Assembly (NCBI GenBank): GCA_964385165.1
Contig: CAYLNF010000001.1
Coordinates: 6,533-70,532, forward strand
Length of the DNA: 64,000 nucleotides
DNA from: an uncultured Sulfurimonas sp.
Lineage (GTDB): Bacteria; Campylobacterota; Campylobacteria; Campylobacterales; Sulfurimonadaceae
Reading direction: 5' to 3'
Shown: piece by piece, positions 60,229-64,000 of the stretch
How positions within the stretch are numbered: position 1 is the first letter of the stretch
Layout of the letters: every line of letters starts with the position of its first letter
The notes under the pieces: model-generated
Seen by the model: the letters and a program-made list of their open reading frames with translations, nothing else
Databases searched by the model: none
Told to the model about the DNA's origin: nothing
Program-made: the position numbers and the translations under genes

Positions 60229-61215
60229 TTAGTATTTTTTTATAACATCATTTATTTGAACATAAGCTTCAAATGGTGTTGTCTCAAAATACTTCATATT
60301 ATGTTTTTTAGCAAACTCTTGAGTCATCTTTTTAATTTTAAGTAGATTAAATCTAGGTGCTTTTGGAAATAGATGATGTTCTATTTGAGTATTTAGTCCA
60401 CCATAAAACCAGTGTATAAAAGCCCCACCACTCAATGAACGAGATGTTCTCATCTGTAACTCCATCCAAGTTAAATCTTCACTCTCATCTTTTTCAAACA
60501 CTTCACAACCTAAGTGATTTGTGATAAAACCAAAAGCTAACCAAGGTGATAAAACAAAATTTAGAACTAAGTAAACTGTAATAGCATCACTAAATGGTAA
60601 AAAGTAAAAGATTGGACCCCAAATGATTGGCCAATGGAGTAACATTAAAGCCAATTCACCATATTTCTTTCTTTTAATAACAAAGTTATATGATTGAACT
60701 ATAAATGCTGGATACATAAAAAACATAGCACCCCAAAAAACTAAGTATTTTGTAGCTCTAAGCCAAGCTTTATTACCCTTGTATTTCTCAGCAAAAGCAC
60801 CATCCATAGCCAATATATCTTCATCTTTTTCAGGAACATTACACCAAGTATGGTGGTTGATATTATGTTTAAAATCCCACCAAGATGATGAGTTACTCAA
60901 AATGATAGCAGCGAAAGGGTAGCTGATTCTAAATGAAAAAGTTTTATTTTTAAAATATTGTGTATGTAAAACATCGTGTGAGACAAAAACAGCACGGGTA
61001 AATATAATGGTCATAAAAAGACCTAACGCAACTGGAGCAAAAGATGGAAGTTCCATACTGTTCCAATTAAAAACTATAACATAAACTAAAATCATAGATA
61101 GTATTATCGCTATCATCTCAATCGACCCACGAACAGGGATACGATCTAATAAACCAGCTGAACGAACTTCAGCCTTTAACTCATCAAATATATCTGGATA
61201 TTTTGCTACTGACAT
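60229..61215 (-). CDS. Membrane fatty-acid desaturase (Delta6/FADS-like, no cytochrome b5 domain)
   Basis: His boxes HDVLH, HNINHH, QIEHHLFP. Confidence 0.92.
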   Translation of the reverse strand: MSVAKYPDIFDELKAEVRSAGLLDRIPVRGSIEMIAIILSMILVYVIVFNWNSMELPSFAPVALGLFMTIIFTRAVFVSHDVLHTQYFKNKTFSFRISYPFAAIILSNSSSWWDFKHNINHHTWCNVPEKDEDILAMDGAFAEKYKGNKAWLRATKYLVFWGAMFFMYPAFIVQSYNFVIKRKKYGELALMLLHWPIIWGPIFYFLPFSDAITVYLVLNFVLSPWLAFGFITNHLGCEVFEKDESEDLTWMELQMRTSRSLSGGAFIHWFYGGLNTQIEHHLFPKAPRFNLLKIKKMTQEFAKKHNMKYFETTPFEAYVQINDVIKKY

Positions 61216-61341
61216 ATTTCCACCTAATGTAAATTTGTCTGTATTATAACCATTATATTCTAAAATAATCTATCTTTTAGAGTAAGTTGATTTTAAATTT
61301 ATAGTTTTTGATTAGGAAAAAATAGAAAGATGATTTTAAGA

Positions 61342-61367
61342 ATGAAAAGCCGTCAAGAGCTTTTCAT
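61342..61367 (-). terminator. Terminator hairpin of the porin gene
   Basis: atgaaaagc-cgtcaaga-gcttttcat, 52 nt after the stop. Confidence 0.7.
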
Positions 61368-61419
61368 CCCTAAAGGAGTTAAACAGGAATATGAAATTTT
61401 ATTAAGTTTATGTTATATC

Positions 61420-62577
61420 TTACCAGTGAACTTCAGCAGTTATCATAGCGCTTGTATAATCATCTTTATTATTTTCTACATGATAAGTTTGTCCAGATAG
61501 TAACCATTTTAAGTTTTTGTTTTGTCTCCAAGCAACACCATAGATAGCATTATCTTCAGTTGTAGTAACAACACCTGAAGTTGAATCCTCATTCTCCCAA
61601 GAATCGTAACGAGCAAATACAGAATATTGATGTTTAGCACCTAAACGGTAAGTACCATTTACAGAGTAACCTTGACCATTATATTTTGTAGAATCAGCTT
61701 TGTCACTATCAGCAGAGATATATTGTGCTGAAACTAGGAATGATGGTACATTGTAAACTGTATGTAAACCATAGATTTTATATGTTTCACCACTATTTTT
61801 AGCACTATCCATATTGTACTGACCAAAGAATGAAGCATCAAAGTAAGTATCTTTAGTTGCTTTTCTTTTTGTTTTACCATTACCCATAATAGCAGCAGTT
61901 AATCTCCACTCAGCAGATAAACCATCACCTATAACATTACCACTTGTATCGTTCTCACCATGGTAACCCTCACCATTAAATAGACCAAGCTCAGATGTAA
62001 AATAATCAGTTTTAGTTTTAAAGTTTACACCTAAATCAGCTGAATTAGTTAAATCACCAGCCTCTTTCTCTTCAGCAAAAACTTTTGCGATAGAACGCAT
62101 ACCCCACGCTTGATGCTCTTCATAATCTATCCAAGGGCGGTGAGCCATACCAAACTCAACACCAGTAGATGGTAAAACATTATTTAGGTATATATAAACA
62201 TATTTAGCATATATATCAGCATGTCCATCACTACTAGATGTATAAGATGTATCTAAAGTTACACGAAGATAAGATTTTGGGTCATCTAAAAGGTAAGCTT
62301 TTACTTGAAGGTAGTTTCTACGAAACTCAAAGTTTGTAGTTGAGCTTCCAACATTTGGAGATTTTTGAGTAAAACCTAAGTAGTGAACACCACTAAACTT
62401 TAACTTTGAAGCTTTTGCTTGAACAGGTGTATTTTTAGTTTTTAGTTCAGTACGACCCTCTGCTTGAGTTGTAAAAACTTGACCATTTTCATCTACATAA
62501 AATTTAATATCACTTGCTGATGCACTTAATGAACCAATAGTTAAAGCAGTTACTGCTGATAAAATGATTTTTTTCAT
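61420..62577 (-). CDS. Outer-membrane porin (possibly OprO/OprP-like, phosphate-selective)
   Basis: Signal peptide, FEFRRNYL, FNGEG, ARYD, C-terminal W; pho-box-like promoter. Confidence 0.7.
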   Translation of the reverse strand: MKKIILSAVTALTIGSLSASASDIKFYVDENGQVFTTQAEGRTELKTKNTPVQAKASKLKFSGVHYLGFTQKSPNVGSSTTNFEFRRNYLQVKAYLLDDPKSYLRVTLDTSYTSSSDGHADIYAKYVYIYLNNVLPSTGVEFGMAHRPWIDYEEHQAWGMRSIAKVFAEEKEAGDLTNSADLGVNFKTKTDYFTSELGLFNGEGYHGENDTSGNVIGDGLSAEWRLTAAIMGNGKTKRKATKDTYFDASFFGQYNMDSAKNSGETYKIYGLHTVYNVPSFLVSAQYISADSDKADSTKYNGQGYSVNGTYRLGAKHQYSVFARYDSWENEDSTSGVVTTTEDNAIYGVAWRQNKNLKWLLSGQTYHVENNKDDYTSAMITAEVHW

Positions 62578-62631
62578 TATATAATTTCCTTTAATTTCAT
62601 AAAGAGTTACTACCTCTTTTTTGTTGACGAA

Positions 62632-62675
62632 ATTATATTATTCAACAATTACATCTTGATTACAGCTATGTTACC
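62632..62675 (-). promoter_or_regulatory. Porin promoter: TATAAT plus 11-bp-phased direct repeats (PhoB/OmpR-type box)
   Basis: CTGTAAT-CAAG-ATGTAAT (62648-62665, -) exactly 10 nt upstream of TATAAT (62632-62637); third GTAA in phase at 62671-62674. Confidence 0.65.
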
Positions 62676-63711
62676 TATTTGTAATTGTTATCAACTCTTT
62701 TATCATCTTATCTGCTACATCTTTACTGCTATACTCTATCAAACCTTTACTCTTTTGTGTAAAAGATTCTTTATTTTCCATAGAATCTTTTACTATCTCT
62801 AAAAGTTTTGATTTTAGATCACTATCTTCCCTTTCACACCAACCAAGATTGTTATCAACTATGAACTTAGCATTATAGTATTGGTGATCACCAGCAGCAT
62901 AAGGGTAAGGGATATAAAATGTTGGAACACCATTTGTTGTTAACTCCCAAAGTGTACTAGCACCAGCCCTACTTACTGCTAAATCTGCTCTTGCTATCAA
63001 CTTATCTAGCTCAGATGTAAAACCATAAAGCTCAACCTCAACACCTAGTTTATCATACTCCTCTTTTACCCTATCAAAATCGCTCTCACCAGCTTGATGG
63101 ATAATAGTGATACCTTTTTTATGAAGTTTCCAAGCAACACTTAATGCCAAATCATTTATAGTTTTGGCACCATGTGAACCACCTAAGAAGATAACAGTTT
63201 TAAGATCATCTCTAACTCTAGCTGTTTTATAAAAAATATCTTTAACTGGATAACCCTTAATAGATGAGTTTTCATCATAAGCAGATATAAAACTTGTTGC
63301 TAAAGGTTTTAGTAGAGAGTTTAACCTACCACCAACAGCATTTTGTTCATGTATAAAAAGTGGTAACATTTTAGTTAATGTCGCAAAAGATGCTGGAGCA
63401 GCAGAGAAACCACCAACACTATAAGTAGCTTCAATATTATGTTTTTTTAGTATAGCTCTTGATTTAAAAAAAGCTTTTAAAATCAACCATAATGCTTTAA
63501 ATTTACCTAAACCTTTTTGATTTACAACACCTGTTGTCTCTAAAAAATAAACATTACTAAAAGAGGATCTATTAGCAAAGTATTTTTGATCTTGCCCATG
63601 TGTAGAACCTATAAATATAACCTCATGCCCCTCAGATACAGCAGCTTCCACCAATGCCTGAGCTATCATTAGATGACCACCTGTTCCACCACCAGTTATA
63701 CATAACTTCAT
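62671..63711 (-). CDS. murG: UDP-GlcNAc:lipid I GlcNAc transferase MurG
   Basis: GGGTGGH, HEQN, GGSHGA, SRAGAST, HQYYNA. Confidence 0.97.
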   Translation of the reverse strand: MKLCITGGGTGGHLMIAQALVEAAVSEGHEVIFIGSTHGQDQKYFANRSSFSNVYFLETTGVVNQKGLGKFKALWLILKAFFKSRAILKKHNIEATYSVGGFSAAPASFATLTKMLPLFIHEQNAVGGRLNSLLKPLATSFISAYDENSSIKGYPVKDIFYKTARVRDDLKTVIFLGGSHGAKTINDLALSVAWKLHKKGITIIHQAGESDFDRVKEEYDKLGVEVELYGFTSELDKLIARADLAVSRAGASTLWELTTNGVPTFYIPYPYAAGDHQYYNAKFIVDNNLGWCEREDSDLKSKLLEIVKDSMENKESFTQKSKGLIEYSSKDVADKMIKELITITNR

Positions 63712-63737
63712 ATTTTACTCTCCACTAATTTTTTTAT

Positions 63738-64000
63738 CTACTTGTGTATAGCTTTTTTAGATGCCATCAAAACCATACCAACCCCTATACTAGCTGCTAT
63801 GGTCGCTGAACCACCATAACTTAAAAATGGAACAGAGATCCCTTTAATAGGTGTTAAACCACTAATACCATAAGCATTTAACATAAAAGTAGATGATAAA
63901 AGAATCGCTATACCAACACAAAAAAGATATATAGTTTTCTCCTCTGTTCTATTAGCTATCTTAAAGATTCTAACTATCATCCATAAAAAAATCACAACAA
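63738..64000 (-). CDS. ftsW: FtsW/RodA SEDS protein, C-terminal part (5' end outside window)
   Basis: PIKGISVPFLSYGGS; upstream of murG. Confidence 0.9.
   Translation of the reverse strand, partial: VVIFLWMIVRIFKIANRTEEKTIYLFCVGIAILLSSTFMLNAYGISGLTPIKGISVPFLSYGGSATIAASIGVGMVLMASKKAIHK

Overview
AT-rich (roughly 30% GC by eye) bacterial chromosome window whose gene content, gene order (kdsA-ribH-nusB-mqnC, divergent hemB/ribA, hisIE-prohibitin-ilvE, ftsW-murG) and TATAAT/AAGGA signals indicate Campylobacterota, most likely a Sulfurimonas-like organism (inference). It is mostly housekeeping genes, plus an MSHA-like pilin cluster, a six-gene two-component/c-di-GMP cluster, a TetR-TolC-MFP-RND efflux operon, two convergent fatty-acid desaturases and a porin. 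No rRNA, tRNA, CRISPR array, integrase or transposase was recognised. The most notable signal is not in the ORF track. Two intergenic cassettes of about 160-180 nt (16138-16312 and 23361-23518) share one RNA architecture: convergent -10 boxes, a covarying bulged 5' hairpin, a strong SD, a 24-25 aa ORF, a 3' hairpin and a 5'/3' long-range helix. They encode unrelated peptides, one resembling Helicobacter AapA, which suggests a type I toxin-antitoxin-like RNA scaffold with exchangeable peptides. Other findings: a ~0.8 kb two-gene mini-island flanked by a 31-bp duplication of a peptidase 3' end, three toxin genes that look disabled (truncated YafQ, frameshifted DUF4160, degenerate orphan HEPN), unannotated small membrane peptides, two poly-C/G tracts in regulatory positions and a pho-box-like phased repeat upstream of the porin. 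All family assignments are from motif recognition; no searches were run.
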